A stretch of DNA of 63,027 nt, the filler included, from Diploschistes diacapsis (Eukaryota): assembly GCA_023645945.1 (NCBI GenBank). It is 19 parts of 19 records of this genome, joined end to end, with 100 filler letters (N's around TTAATTAATTAA, not from the genome) between each part and the next. Parts side by side here need not be neighbours in the genome. Positions count along the whole stretch, not along the records: positions 48,516 to 49,745 come from JALAIB010003542.1; positions 49,846 to 51,075 come from JALAIB010003543.1; positions 51,176 to 52,404 come from JALAIB010003544.1; positions 52,505 to 53,733 come from JALAIB010003545.1; positions 53,834 to 55,062 come from JALAIB010003546.1; positions 55,163 to 56,390 come from JALAIB010003547.1; positions 56,491 to 57,718 come from JALAIB010003548.1; positions 57,819 to 59,046 come from JALAIB010003549.1; 11 more parts are not named here. The stretch is one strand, 5' to 3'. The notes under the pieces are model-generated. The model was not told where the DNA came from. It did no database searches and saw only the letters and a list, made by a program, of their open reading frames with translations. Shown here piece after piece: positions 48,855 through 60,753 of this stretch. How positions within the stretch are numbered: position 1 is the stretch's first letter; every line of letters starts with the position of its first letter. The position numbers and the translations under genes are program-made.

Positions 48855-49745
48855 TGTTACAATCCAAGTAACTACGGGGTAGTTTACTTGGCACGTCCTA
48901 GCTTCTTTGTATATAGACTAATCATGGTGACGCGGGTCACGTGATTGATAGACGACGGCCGATAGCCGTCTGGCAACTAACATCTAGCGGTTGTTAGATA
49001 GGTAACGCCAGCCGGCTGGCATCTAGTATCTAACGATATTGGGTTTATATATAAACGTCACCATAGGTTCTTATAAATTCTAACGTGTTCATTTTTATAG
49101 ACATCCTTAATTATTGCTCGGGATCAATTTATATTCGTTATTTTTATTATTAGAGAACTTTTTTTCTAAAGATAATTTAAGATCTATAACTGATTTATCT
49201 TTTTTTTTATTACATTCCTTTTTTAACAGAGACCAAACTTATCTTAATCTTACTCGTGTATATCTTATATAAATAAAGATTATATAATTTAAATATTTTA
49301 AGAATAAATATTATTAATAATATAATCGGGCGATCGCCATTAATGGCTAGATTCATACTATTTCGAATATTTAGGGTAATAACGCTATTAAAAGAAATCG
49401 ATATCCTTATAACGGATACTACGGAAGTTAAAAGCGACGATCCCGGAAATAACGATGAATCTAACGAAAATAAATCGTATAAAAAATTTATTATAAAAAT
49501 TATAAAATTAATAACGTTCTACGAAAATCGAAAAAAATTAAAATACTAGATATTTTAACTTTCAATATACTTCTATTAAAACCCGTATATTACAAACGAT
49601 TAAAAAAAACGAACCGTCTTCGTCGCAGGATTTATACGTGACCGCGCATTAATATAAATAAAACTTTATTTCAACGTATATTTAAAAAGTTAAAAAGATA
49701 ACTACGGAATGTTTAAAAATTTCGTAAAATTCAAAAAATAGGTCC
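48855..49745 (+). mobile_element. Family B LTR (TGTTAC start) followed by a RIP-mutated gag-like region
   Basis: Start and 3' part are shared with 56019-56390. The downstream FYENRKKLKY*IF*LSIYF resembles a gag F.GDR.KL..W..Q..YF motif and is duplicated at 53383-53733. Confidence 0.55.
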
Positions 49746-49845
49746 NNNNNNNNNNNNNNNNNNNNNNNNNNNNNNNNNNNNNNNNNNNNTTAATTAATTA
49801 ANNNNNNNNNNNNNNNNNNNNNNNNNNNNNNNNNNNNNNNNNNNN

Positions 49846-50591
49846 GTCTAATATAAAATACGTTGAATGAAATAATTTATCGACAATAGTTAATATCCCG
49901 CCGTTAATTTCGAAAATGCTCTCGAGATCTTATAAAAATTTTATTAATTAAATTCCGAAAAGATAAGATTCCCGTGATTAATAATACCCGGGAATAGATA
50001 ATTTACGTTAATAAGAACTATAAACGGGAACGAATTTTTAAAATAAAACGATATCGATTATTACGACGATCATATTTTCTTATAAAATCTAAAAACGTAT
50101 TTAATTAAAAATAACGCTGAAAGAGGTTTAAAGAAACGGAAATATTTATTATAAAAGAATAACGGGTATTCTTTTAAATAAATTAAAAAAAGAGGTAAAG
50201 ATCGAAGTGAAGATTAATTAAAAAAAGAATATCGCGTTTATAAGAAACATAAATATTTAAAGAGGGGGGTAGTGAGATAGCCCAGCCCAGGGGCTTATTA
50301 AGCCACGGTAGGGTTAATGCCTAAGTGCTTGCCAAGCTACGGTAGGATCAATGCCCAGGTGCTTGTCAAGACACGGCAGGGTCAGGGAATGATTGTGTAG
50401 ATGGGTAATCCTCGAACCCCGGTAGGCTGGCACTTATACTATTTAACGGTGCCCTTCTTTCATTTAAATAGTTTCTTTTTCAGCTTTTCGAATCGAGACC
50501 TTTTACCTGCAGATGCCCAAGCTACACCTAATCCTTCCGGATCAGGCCCAGCCCCCGGTAGTGTAGCATCCTTTCCTGCGCTGGCGTTTCA
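49846..50591 (+). mobile_element. Ty3/Gypsy family A pol 3' end, PPT (GAGGGGGGTAG) and 3' LTR 50273-50591
   Basis: The polypurine tract lies directly before TGAGA and the LTR ends GTTTCA. The internal part is duplicated at 53834-54125. Confidence 0.8.
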
Positions 50592-51249
50592 CCTCGATTG
50601 AATATAATATTCTAGAATTATCTATTTTAATTGGGTTGAGTTAGAAAAGGACGAGTTGCTTAAGACTAATAGGGCCTAATAGGTGCTAAATAAGGCGCGT
50701 TAGGAATAAAGGGCCGATATAAATCGTTAATATCGGGCGTATAATTAATTTACGCGTCTAAAACTATATTTCTAAAATCTCTTATCATTCCTTTCTTCTT
50801 CTTTTTAAACATGTTTTTATTCTTCTTTATAAACTTATCTATAAGATCTTTAAAAGAGTTTTTTAAGTTACCTATAGGTTTTATATTATCGACCTTACTT
50901 TTTTTATTTTTTAAAAACACATGTTTTTTCGAGTTATATTATTTATCGAGAATGTTTTATATAAATCTAATATTTTTTTAAAGTCGAAAGGTACGAAAAC
51001 TGAGATTTCCATCATATTATTCTCGTATATATTTAATAATCGTTTTAAAGTTATAAGAATTAGAATTATGCTTTANNNNNNNNNNNNNNNNNNNNNNNNN
51101 NNNNNNNNNNNNNNNNNNNTTAATTAATTAANNNNNNNNNNNNNNNNNNNNNNNNNNNNNNNNNNNNNNNNNNNNTCGCCGGTTTCGCCAGTTTCGCCAA
51201 CCTCGCGGATTTTCGCGGTGTTTCGCCGCCAAAAACTTTTCGTGATGTA

Positions 51250-51640
51250 ATTAATATTAAATTTTTCGTTTAGCTTGCTGGATCCTTTAAGATTTTAAAA
51301 CGTATTAATAAGTTAATTTATAGATTATAATTGCCGGATTATTATTATATTTACGATATTATTAATATTGCGTATCTCGAGCCGGTATTAGATTTAATTA
51401 ACGATCCTTACCGTAAACGATCTTTACTATCGCCGTTTATAACGATCGGGATCGACGAAAAGTTCGAAATCAAACGATTATTAATTAAGCGCCGTATACG
51501 TAAGGAACGCGGATGGAATACGTAATATTTAATTCGATGGTTAAGATACGATATTATTAATAATATATGAATTATCGATCGAGAATTATAGCGATATTCG
51601 GTAAACCGGATCTTTAAATTCAGAATAAGGTACGCTGGCG
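51250..51640 (+). mobile_element. Chromovirus (Ty3/Gypsy) integrase C-terminus: GPY/F region and chromodomain, RIP-mutated
   Basis: AGSFKILKRINKLIYRL*LPDYYYIYDIINIAYLEP (GPF..AYRL.LP..IHDV.S..HLEP) and EKFEIKRLLIKRRIRKERGWNT*YLIRWLRYD (chromodomain). Confidence 0.8.
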
Positions 51641-52504
51641 TTATGGAAGCAGGACTACTAGGGATATAGGATTAAAACTATGTCTACGAGGTGGAAATAA
51701 GCTTGATAAAGGAGTAGAATTGTTTTGAAAATAGGAGAAAAGGAAATAATAATAGGAAATATTACTAGAATGTTTTAAAATTAAATATCGAAAGTTTGTC
51801 TCGTTCATTTGATACCTATTTAAGATACTACTTATGTGGATATAAGCATTTTATATCGGTGGATATTGTAATAACTATTGAATTATTAGGGGTGTCGCTT
51901 GCTCCTACCTTCGCCGGCGTCGCTCGTGACGTTATAGGTAATGATGCCATTGGGCATCCACCCACTTAACAACTATTATAGTAGTTATAAGGGCTCGCTG
52001 CCTACCTAGCTTTTAGCAATCCATTTTCTACTCATATAATAATTTGAATACGCATTATAGTACGGAAGCTTTTATATTTTTTATCTAATATTACATCCGA
52101 CGTAAAGATAAACGTCGTTAAGAACTTTTTTTTTAAAGTTTTTATAATCGCTTAATTATATTATTAAAATGATTCGTTGTCGTTATCGTTTATCTGTTCG
52201 TACAATCCTTTATTTAGGGCTCATATAGAGGCTATTCTTTTCTCGATTTAAATTCGCGCTCGGGGTAATTATTAACGAAATATCCCTTCTTATAGTAATT
52301 ATAATATGTTTCGTTGTTAACTTATTTTTTAATAAATATGATTAATTTTTCGTTAATTATTTCGGCGAAGATCTTAATTTCTTTTTTATTACGATCCTTA
52401 TAAGNNNNNNNNNNNNNNNNNNNNNNNNNNNNNNNNNNNNNNNNNNNNTTAATTAATTAANNNNNNNNNNNNNNNNNNNNNNNNNNNNNNNNNNNNNNNN
52501 NNNN

Positions 52505-53379
52505 TCTATTATCCATTCTTTATTACTGATATTAAACAGCTAGTTTCGAGGTATTTCGACTAAAATCTAGCTGGTATTAATATGTAATACTTTAAAAATA
52601 ATTATAGGCGGTAATATCCTATTAATAGCTGAAATGTATTCGATCGTAGTTACCTACTCTTATTTTTTTTAATAACCTTTTAATTCGAGCCTGTTCGACT
52701 CGAAACGAAAGCTTTAAAAAAAGAATTATTATTAATACTAAAACCTAACTCGTTTATATTATAAATATATTCGGGCGCGTATTACCCCTTATTGTATTAA
52801 ATTATCATTACATCGAACTACCGTTATATAACCTCGTAATTTATCGCATTAAATTTATTAAACTCGATTTATCTTATCTAAATATTAATAATTTTAGAAA
52901 ATCGTTTACGAAATCGCGATACCTAATATTTACCGATAAATTAAAGATTCGCGATCGTGATTTCTAAATTTAAATCGAATCGAATACGTTCGCGTCGAAT
53001 CTTTTCGATTTAATTTATTATTAACGTAAACGATACAGAAAAGCCAATTTATATAAAACGTGTAATTTATCGTATTAATGTCTTTTCTTCTGAATTTAAA
53101 AGGATTTAAGTCGTTTCGTGGTTATTAAAGCATAATTAAGCTTTATTAAATCGATTCATAATGGTCGATCGAGATACTTTAAATACGCGGGCAGCTTCTC
53201 GAATATTAGTATATTATTATGATTTAAGGGCCTATAAACAGTCGTTGATATTAAATTTTATTAAAATCGAATTATTTCGATGCGAGGTAGTCATTGTTGA
53301 GAAAAATCGAATGTAAGATGAAAATAGTGATTTGAGGTGGCCGGACTCTGGGGGTGGCCGGACTCACCGTCAAACACGT
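52505..53379 (-). mobile_element. pogo/Fot1-like transposon left end with RIP-mutated transposase N-terminus (ATG at 53294)
   Basis: TA then TIR ACGTGTTTGACGGTGAGTCCGGCCACCCCCAGAGTCCGGCCACCTCAAATC. The psq-type HTH reads NIREAARVFKVSRSTIMNRF. Confidence 0.85.
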
Positions 53380-53833
53380 TACTTAAACATTTTTAAAAAT
53401 AAATATTTTAGATAATATAATCGAGCGATCGTTATCGATAATTAGATCCGTATTATCTCGAATATTTAAAGTAATAACGTTATTAAATGAAATCGATGTC
53501 CCGATAACGGACATTACGGAAACTAAAAGCGACGATCTCGGAAGTAACAATAAACCTAATAAAAACAAATCGTACGAAAAATCCATTATAAAAATTATAA
53601 AATTAATAACGTTCCACGAAGACCGAAAAAAACTAAAATATTAAATACTTTAACTTTCAATATACTTTTATTAAAACCCGCACATCATAAACGACTAACA
53701 GAAACGAATAATCTTTATTATAAAATTTATACGNNNNNNNNNNNNNNNNNNNNNNNNNNNNNNNNNNNNNNNNNNNNTTAATTAATTAANNNNNNNNNNN
53801 NNNNNNNNNNNNNNNNNNNNNNNNNNNNNNNNN

Positions 53834-54514
53834 AATAATACCCGAAAATAAATAATTTACGTTAATAAAAACTATAAACGAGAACGAATTTTCGAAATAA
53901 GACGATATCGATTATTACGACGATTATATTCTTTTATAGAATTTAAAAACGTATTTAATTAAAAACGACGTTAAAAAGGATTTAAAGAAACGGAAATATT
54001 TATTATAAAAGAATAACGAATATCTTTTTAAATAAATCAAAAAAAGAAATAAAGATCGAAATGAAGATTAACTAAAAAAGAACATCGCGCTTATAAGAAA
54101 TATAAGCATCTAGAAAGGAAGGTAGTGAAACAGCCCAGCCCAGGGGCCTACCAAGCCACGGCAGGGTTAATGCTTAGGTGCTTACCAAGACACGGCAGGG
54201 TTAGTACCCAGGTGCTTGCCAAGACACGGCAGGATTAGTGCCCAAGTGCTTGCCAAGACACGGCAGGGTTAATGCCCAGATGCTTGCCAAGACACGGCAG
54301 GGTCAGGGGGTGGTTGTATAGATAAGTAGTCTCCGAACCCCGGTAGGTCTAACACCCACATTACTTAACGGTACCTTCCTCCCATTTAGATAGTTTCTTC
54401 TTCAGCTTTTCAAATCGAGACCTTTTACCTACAGATGCCCAAGCTACACCTAATCCTTCCGGATCAGGCCCATGCCCCCGGTAGAGTAGCATCCTTTCCT
54501 GCGCTGGCGTTTCA
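53834..54514 (+). mobile_element. Ty3/Gypsy family A pol 3' end, PPT and 3' LTR 54126-54514
   Basis: The LTR is bounded by the inverted repeat TGAAAC...GTTTCA and preceded by GAAAGGAAGGTAG. Confidence 0.85.
54151..54303 (+). repeat. 34-bp tandem repeat (about 4.5 copies) inside LTR U3
   Basis: Unit CCAAGACACGGCAGGGTTAATGCCCAGGTGCTTG starts at 54151, 54185, 54219, 54253 and 54287. About 2.5 copies occur at 50298-50383. Confidence 0.9.
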
Positions 54515-54677
54515 TAGAGCTGTTACGAGTAGAAACGCTGAAATAAACTTTATAAATATTGAATTATAATTTATTAATTTTATAACCGTGTTTAACAAAC
54601 TTTTTTCGATCTATTGGACTTTTTTACTTCCATTTTACAACCTTCTTTCAACCTCGAATCAATTCGATTTAGATGTA

Positions 54678-55062
54678 ACGTATATGTATAGCGAGCGGAC
54701 ACTTATAGCGAACGGACACCCTTCTCGATTCGTACAACTTATAATTATATTTACGTAATTAATTCTTACGATAATTTATTATATTAATTATTAATACCTT
54801 TTTTAAAAGTTATAGATTCTATTTCGTAAGTTCGCGCATTATACTTAAACTAATCATATTTATTATAACGTCGTACGCGTAATCCGATTTTTTTCGTATA
54901 ATCTTTGTTTTTAGATATATTAACCTCTTCTATACGAATTTCGATCTTTAAAGATTATAATACGATTATTTTTAATATATTAAATAATTTTTTAGATCGT
55001 ACGCGCGTTTTTTTATTTTTTTTTCGTTTATTAAATATTTTATTCGTCGTACGAAGTATCTT
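54678..55062 (+). mobile_element. Second pogo/Fot1-type terminus
   Basis: TA then ACGT start with an internal direct repeat TATAGCGAGCGGACAC / TATAGCGAACGGACAC. Confidence 0.55.
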
Positions 55063-55162
55063 NNNNNNNNNNNNNNNNNNNNNNNNNNNNNNNNNNNNNN
55101 NNNNNNTTAATTAATTAANNNNNNNNNNNNNNNNNNNNNNNNNNNNNNNNNNNNNNNNNNNN

Positions 55163-55577
55163 GATCAACGACAGGTCAAAATATATCGATATTACTTATC
55201 ATTATATACGGGATCTAATTAGACGAGACCGTATTAATATTATTTACATACTTATTAACAAAATAATTACTAACGGATTAATAAAGCCACTAAACTATAT
55301 CAAGCATAACATATTCATTAAAGGACTTAAATTACTACAGAAGGCATCTAGCTGGACTAAATAAATATGCCGATGGTTCCGCCCGTGGGGGAATGTTGAG
55401 CAGGCAGGCAGAATGCATGGCTGGGAGGTTCAGCTGAACCCACTTGGGTTCCTGCTAATCCGGATTGGGAGTAGCGCAAGCCTGTAGGCCTTGGCGGATC
55501 CCATAGGTATAAAGGCTTGCATGTAGGTTATTCCTCTTAGATAGATCTTCAGACTTCAATACATTCGTTGCACAATA
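55163..55577 (+). mobile_element. Ty1/Copia RNase H end, PPT and short 3' LTR (about 55394-55577)
   Basis: RSKYIDITYHYIRDLI..NGLIKPL matches RTKHIDxRYHFIRD..ADGLTKPL. GGGGGAA precedes TGTTG, and the LTR ends CAATA (RIP-mutated CAACA). Confidence 0.8.
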
Positions 55578-56018
55578 GTTTTAATTAATCTATTCTTTTA
55601 TCGAATTTTTGAACCAAGATATTTTTCGTTTAGGTTCGTCGCGGGGGTTTTTCTAGGATCTTTTCCGTATTAAGTTTTCGCTAATATTAAATCCCTCGAA
55701 GATCTTTAATATAAATAACTGCCGTAACGCGGGATATTTTATAAATTATTTTTTAGCTGTCGATTCGTTTTCTGAATCGTATTTTTTAATCGTTGGAATC
55801 TCGGTTAATTTTTTAAAAATCGAAAGTATTATGAATTTTATTTTTTTTTTTTGATTATTTTTATTAGCGGGGGTTATTATTTATAATAAATCGGCGAATA
55901 ATATTTTCGAATTCGATTATCGTGGACTTATTCGAATACTTAATTTAATTAACGTTTTAAACTCTCGTCACGAATACGAAAATAAAGTGTATTTTTCGAA
56001 TATAAAACGCCAGCGTAA

Positions 56019-56390
56019 TGTTACGATACAAGTACCAGACTTGGCACGTCCCAGCTTTATATATAGATCAGTCACGGGACCAGGGGTCACGTGATGCGTT
56101 TACTGCTCGCGCTTATTCTTGTGAGCGGCGAGCGGGTTTTCGTTATCGCTCGACGGTCGCGTTTATTTTTATAAACGGCGAATCTTAAAGGCACCGCTCG
56201 CTAAACTTGCGGTAAACGGCGAACGAGTTAATTATATATAAATACGACTTTATTTTCGTAAAAGAAAAAGTGTTTACTTTTATAAATATTTTTAATTATT
56301 ATTCGGATTAATTTATATTCGTTATTTTTATCGTTTAAAAAGTTTTTTTTTTAGAAATAATTTAAGATTTATAATTGTTCTATCTTCTTT
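56019..56390 (+). mobile_element. Family B LTR (TGTTAC start)
   Basis: Shares TGTTAC..ACTTGGCACGTCC.AGCTT..GGGTCACGTGAT and the 3' block with 48855, but the middle differs. Confidence 0.6.
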
Positions 56391-56704
56391 NNNNNNNNNN
56401 NNNNNNNNNNNNNNNNNNNNNNNNNNNNNNNNNNTTAATTAATTAANNNNNNNNNNNNNNNNNNNNNNNNNNNNNNNNNNNNNNNNNNNNGGTCCCCCTG
56501 CTGCCACAGCCACGCACCTACATATAGTGTAATAGGGAAACAGTGCTTCGGGGTTCCTGAAAGCATTGTGTTAGTCTTTTGGCTCAGTGGGATAGCGCTA
56601 CCCTATTAGGCACTACCCCCGCTGTTACAACTAGGCTAGAAACGTAATTATTAAAATACACGGAAGAATAACGGCATTAACACTTCTTAACAAAATTGCA
56701 ACTA

Positions 56705-57157
56705 CAGTACTATGCCAAAAGTAGTTAGGTCCCCCCATGTCTCACTAAAAAAGTCCCTTTTTTAGCCCCTATATTTCTGCGAAAACGTTTTTAAAAATTA
56801 AAAAAAAAACAAGAGCCTTTTAAAAGCTTCAAATATTCATTCGCTTCTTTTTCAAAAATTTTTACATTTTCCGGGGGGCCGCAAGAGACGACTGAAAAAA
56901 GCGAGGGTATAGTTACCGCACCGTAACCGCGATTTTTGGCGGGGACCATTTTTCTTAAATGTTTAACCCCATATTAGGCACTCAAGAAATTGTTATAAAA
57001 ATTTCGTAAAAAATCTCTTGTACATAAACGCTCTTAAAGTTCTTCATAAAGCTTTAAATTTCCGATTTGGCACATTGCTGGGGAAGAAGTTTGGGTACAA
57101 AGTTGATCGATTTTGGTGAGATATGGGGGGGACCTAACTACTTTTGGCACCTGACTG
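56705..57157. mobile_element. Complete Tc1-type MITE, 453 bp, about 45-bp TIRs, TA target duplication
   Basis: TA|CAGTACTATGCCAAAAGTAGTTAGGTCCCCCCATGTCTCAC ... GTGAGATATGGGGGGGACCTAACTACTTTTGGCACCTGACTG|TA. Confidence 0.88.
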
Positions 57158-57159
57158 TA

Positions 57160-57718
57160 GATATCTAACGATTTTTATTACAAGCGGCCAATATTTCGGA
57201 AAATTATAAAAACTTAATATCCTTAGCGGTTTAAATGGAGAATTTATTAGAAAACCCACAGCGAGGCAAAGCTCGACAGGGAGAACCACTGTCGACCCGA
57301 AATTCCTAAGAAATCTTTAATTCCGAAAATAGGAACGAACTATCGACAATTAGCCGACTATCGCGCGATATGTCAAAAATGTAATATCATAATTATCAAG
57401 AATACGGGCATATTTCATTAAAATGTCCAAACCCGAAAATATAAACAAATCTAAATCATACTTCTATAAGCATTATTAGAGGTTTAAAAAATCTTAAGGG
57501 TCGCCGAGATCTTCTATCCCGATAGATCGTATTTTATTAAAAATCGCGCCGGTAATTTAAACGAGAGGTAAGATACGGGGTATTAAGTCGCCAGAATGTC
57601 GCATCGATTTAAACAATTATATATAATATAACATTATTAACAAGCGTTACGTTACCGAAATAGACCTAACCTCGTTTATAAACGTTAAATTACCAAATCT
57701 TAATTAAATCGATAATAC
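57160..57718 (+). mobile_element. RIP-mutated gag remnant with zinc knuckle
   Basis: YHNYQEYGHISLKCP near 57385-57430 restores to CHNCQEYGHISLKC if TAT came from TGT by G-to-A change. Confidence 0.5.
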
Positions 57719-57936
57719 NNNNNNNNNNNNNNNNNNNNNNNNNNNNNNNNNNNNNNNNNNNNTTAATTAATTAANNNNNNNNNNNNNNNNNNNNNNNNNN
57801 NNNNNNNNNNNNNNNNNNTGGTTGTGGGGCTCAAAAGCTCGCTTAAAACTATCTAGCATAATTATATTATAATGTAGTGAACCGCTTTGTGGGGTGATCC
57901 GTTATGTGGTGGAACACGTTATTGAAGAGGTTGAAG

Positions 57937-58154
57937 TAGGCTGGCCGTTTCGTGCCACGGTCACTGACACGGACACTATAGTAAAAAATTTTAAAACACG
58001 GACATTAACACGGACACGACAACTAAAATTTTAAAACACGAATACTGACACGGATACTACACTACAGTAAAAGCACGGACACGGACATTACGACTAAAAT
58101 TTTTAAAACACGGACACTGCCACGGCCGTGTCAGTGTCCGTGACGGCCAGCCTA
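57937..58154. mobile_element. 218-bp hAT-like MITE with 12-bp TIRs
   Basis: TAGGCTGGCCGT ... ACGGCCAGCCTA with an internal CACGGAC array. No clear 8-bp TSD. Confidence 0.7.
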
Positions 58155-58358
58155 TTTTAAAAACGAACGTAAAATCCCCGAGGTCGCCATATCGATTGTT
58201 CTAATTAAAAAATATCCTTCTAAATATGTTTTTTTAAAACGTTGCGAATTATAACGATTTAATTGGCGTTAATTATTCGGCTCGGAAATATTTTAAATTT
58301 CCGCCGTTCAAATTTTAACCATTACGTTAAAAAAATCTCTCGATTTATAAACGCTTTA

Positions 58359-58567
58359 ACGTGTTTCACCACTTAACGAATCACACCACAAAGCGGCTCA
58401 CAACAATATACTGTAATTTCGCTAGATAGTTTTAAGCGAGCTTTTGAGCCCCACAACCACACATAAAATTATTTGTACGAAACTAAATCTGTTTTCAACT
58501 ACATTATACGAAGGTGCAGGGAATGTGAGCCGCTTTGTGGTGTGATCCGTTAAGTGGTGAAACACGT
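58359..58567. mobile_element. Complete pogo/Fot1-type MITE, 209 bp, about 44-bp TIRs, TA duplication; partial inverted copy at 57819-57919
   Basis: TA|ACGTGTTTCACCACTTAACGAATCACACCACAAAGCGGCTCACA ... TGTGAGCCGCTTTGTGGTGTGATCCGTTAAGTGGTGAAACACGT|TA. Confidence 0.88.
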
Positions 58568-58781
58568 TATATATTTCGTGAAGATATTCTCTTACGTAAT
58601 GATTAATAGATTTTTTAAGGCGGCCATTAAACATATCGTAAAGAGAAGAAAATACGCCGGTACATCGAATAACTTAATAAAGCGATAACGAAAAGGATCG
58701 AATTTTCGTCTCGATAAAAATATTTTCTATTATTGAGTATATTGGGGTTTAAATTAACCAAAAATATATATGGAGCTTATA

Positions 58782-59046
58782 ACGTGTTTCACGGGGATTC
58801 CGGCCACCCCCAGATTCCGGCCACCTCAAATCATTACCGCCAATATTCTACGGGTTTTAAATATAACCTATTCGTCGCAATCAGAATCTAATCGATCTAA
58901 ATCGAATCTATCTTCTTTTTCTTTATCTTCCTCGATTTTAAAAACGCGACGACGTTTTTTACGCGTTATAAATCGGTTTGAAATCATTCGATTCGATTTA
59001 ACTCGAGCTATTATTTTAAAAACTTCGTTTATATTAAATATAAAAC
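58782..59046 (-). mobile_element. pogo/Fot1-like transposon right end (inverted)
   Basis: Reverse complement of 45960-46220: TA|ACGTGTTTCACGGGGATTCCGGCCACCCCCAGATTCCGGCCACC. Confidence 0.8.
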
Positions 59047-59146
59047 NNNNNNNNNNNNNNNNNNNNNNNNNNNNNNNNNNNNNNNNNNNNTTAATTAATT
59101 AANNNNNNNNNNNNNNNNNNNNNNNNNNNNNNNNNNNNNNNNNNNN

Positions 59147-60373
59147 ACCTTGTATAGATAGAGATCATAACATTCCTTTAAAATATAAATTTTTTAATTA
59201 AATCTTAGGAAGTTATTTTTATTAATTAATTATTTTTATTTGCCGGCTGGTCTTTTGTTATTATTATGCTTTAGCGTTGCTTTTTTCGTTTCGACGAATT
59301 CGTCGTCTTTTTGAAATATACTTATTACGTCTCGCAGGCTTTCATTAAAAGATTCATATACCGTTTTATATATTATAAGTTTATTTATATAAACACGTGG
59401 GACGAGCTATTTATAATCAATAATCTTAACGATAGAATATAATCATTTTATTACGTCGCGTTTATCTCGAGCTTACCGATCAAGATCAAATCTTCCTAAG
59501 ATTCTATTCTTAAGTTAAAGTTTCCTAAATTCTTGAAACATTGCGTCTACTTTATCACGGGCATGCTTTATCATTTATAACTAATTAATTACCGGTATGC
59601 TTACCGTAGGCTTCTAGCTCGTGTTTTCTACAATAATCAGGTTCAATCTTACTAACTTCTATTAAAGCGTAAGCAATAAGCCTTAAATCTATCGATCAAT
59701 ATCGAAATAATTTAATCGCTTTAAAAACGCATTTACAAAATTACTCTTCCCTGGTCTGTAACGAATAACAAAGTCAAAAGCGGCCAACCTCAAGACCCAC
59801 CTTATTTATCGCCCGGTTAATACCGTCTTCCCTATAAAACCCTTTAAGTTATTATAGTCTATTAACACCTCAATTACGTGCTTAAAACCTTTTAAATAAT
59901 ATTTCTAATATTTAAAGCTTATTATTATCGCTAAAAGCTCTTAATTATACGTTTTATAATTACATTCCGCTAAATTCATCTTTCGAAAATAAAATATTAC
60001 AAAATACCATTAACTATCTTTATATAATTGTAATATCACATCTATTAAAGTAAAACCCGAAACATCTGTTTTTACGCGAATATGCAATTCAGGATTAAAA
60101 TAAATAAACATAAAAATCTCCGTAAATTTCTTTTTTAACATACGGAAAGCTTGCGCTTCAGGTTCGTTCCATATGAGAGTTCCCTGCTTCTTCCTATCTT
60201 TACTATTTTTGAGCAGATTAATAAGAGGTTTAACTAATTTAGAATATTGATAAATAAATCTTCTATAGAAATTCGTAAAATCCAAAAAGATTTATACGTC
60301 TTTAAACGTTTTTATCTCTAATTATTTAATAATACTTTAAACGCGTGTTTTATCTATACTTACTCCCTGATTG
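59147..60373 (-). mobile_element. Ty3/Gypsy pol fragment (RT thumb, RNase H), RIP-mutated
   Basis: FTNFYRRFIYQYSKLVKPLINLL..W..AFRMLKK..KTDVSGF..VILQ, later FDFVIRYRPGKSN. Confidence 0.85.
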
Positions 60374-60473
60374 NNNNNNNNNNNNNNNNNNNNNNNNNNN
60401 NNNNNNNNNNNNNNNNNTTAATTAATTAANNNNNNNNNNNNNNNNNNNNNNNNNNNNNNNNNNNNNNNNNNNN

Positions 60474-60751
60474 GGATTTAAGTCGTTTCGTGGCTATTAA
60501 AGCATGATTAAGTTCCATTAAGTCGATCCATAATGGTCGATCGAGATATTTTAAATGCGCGGGCAGCCTCTCGAATGCTGGTATATTGTTATAATTTTAG
60601 GGTCTGTAAATAGTCGTTGATATTAGATTTTATTAGAATCGAATTATTGCGATGCGAGATAGTCATTGTTGAGAAAAATCGAATATAAGATGAAAACAGT
60701 GATTTAAGGTGGCCGGACTCTGGGGGTGGCCGGACTCACCGTCAAACACGT
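60474..60751 (-). mobile_element. pogo/Fot1-like left end and transposase start (second copy)
   Basis: Near-identical to 53103-53379, differing mainly by C/T and G/A transitions. ATG at 60666. Confidence 0.85.
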
Positions 60752-60753
60752 TA

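Noticed and set aside
54151..54303. CRISPR-like array (34-bp periodicity)
   Set aside because: The units are head-to-tail with no unique spacers, lie inside a fungal LTR, and no cas genes are present.
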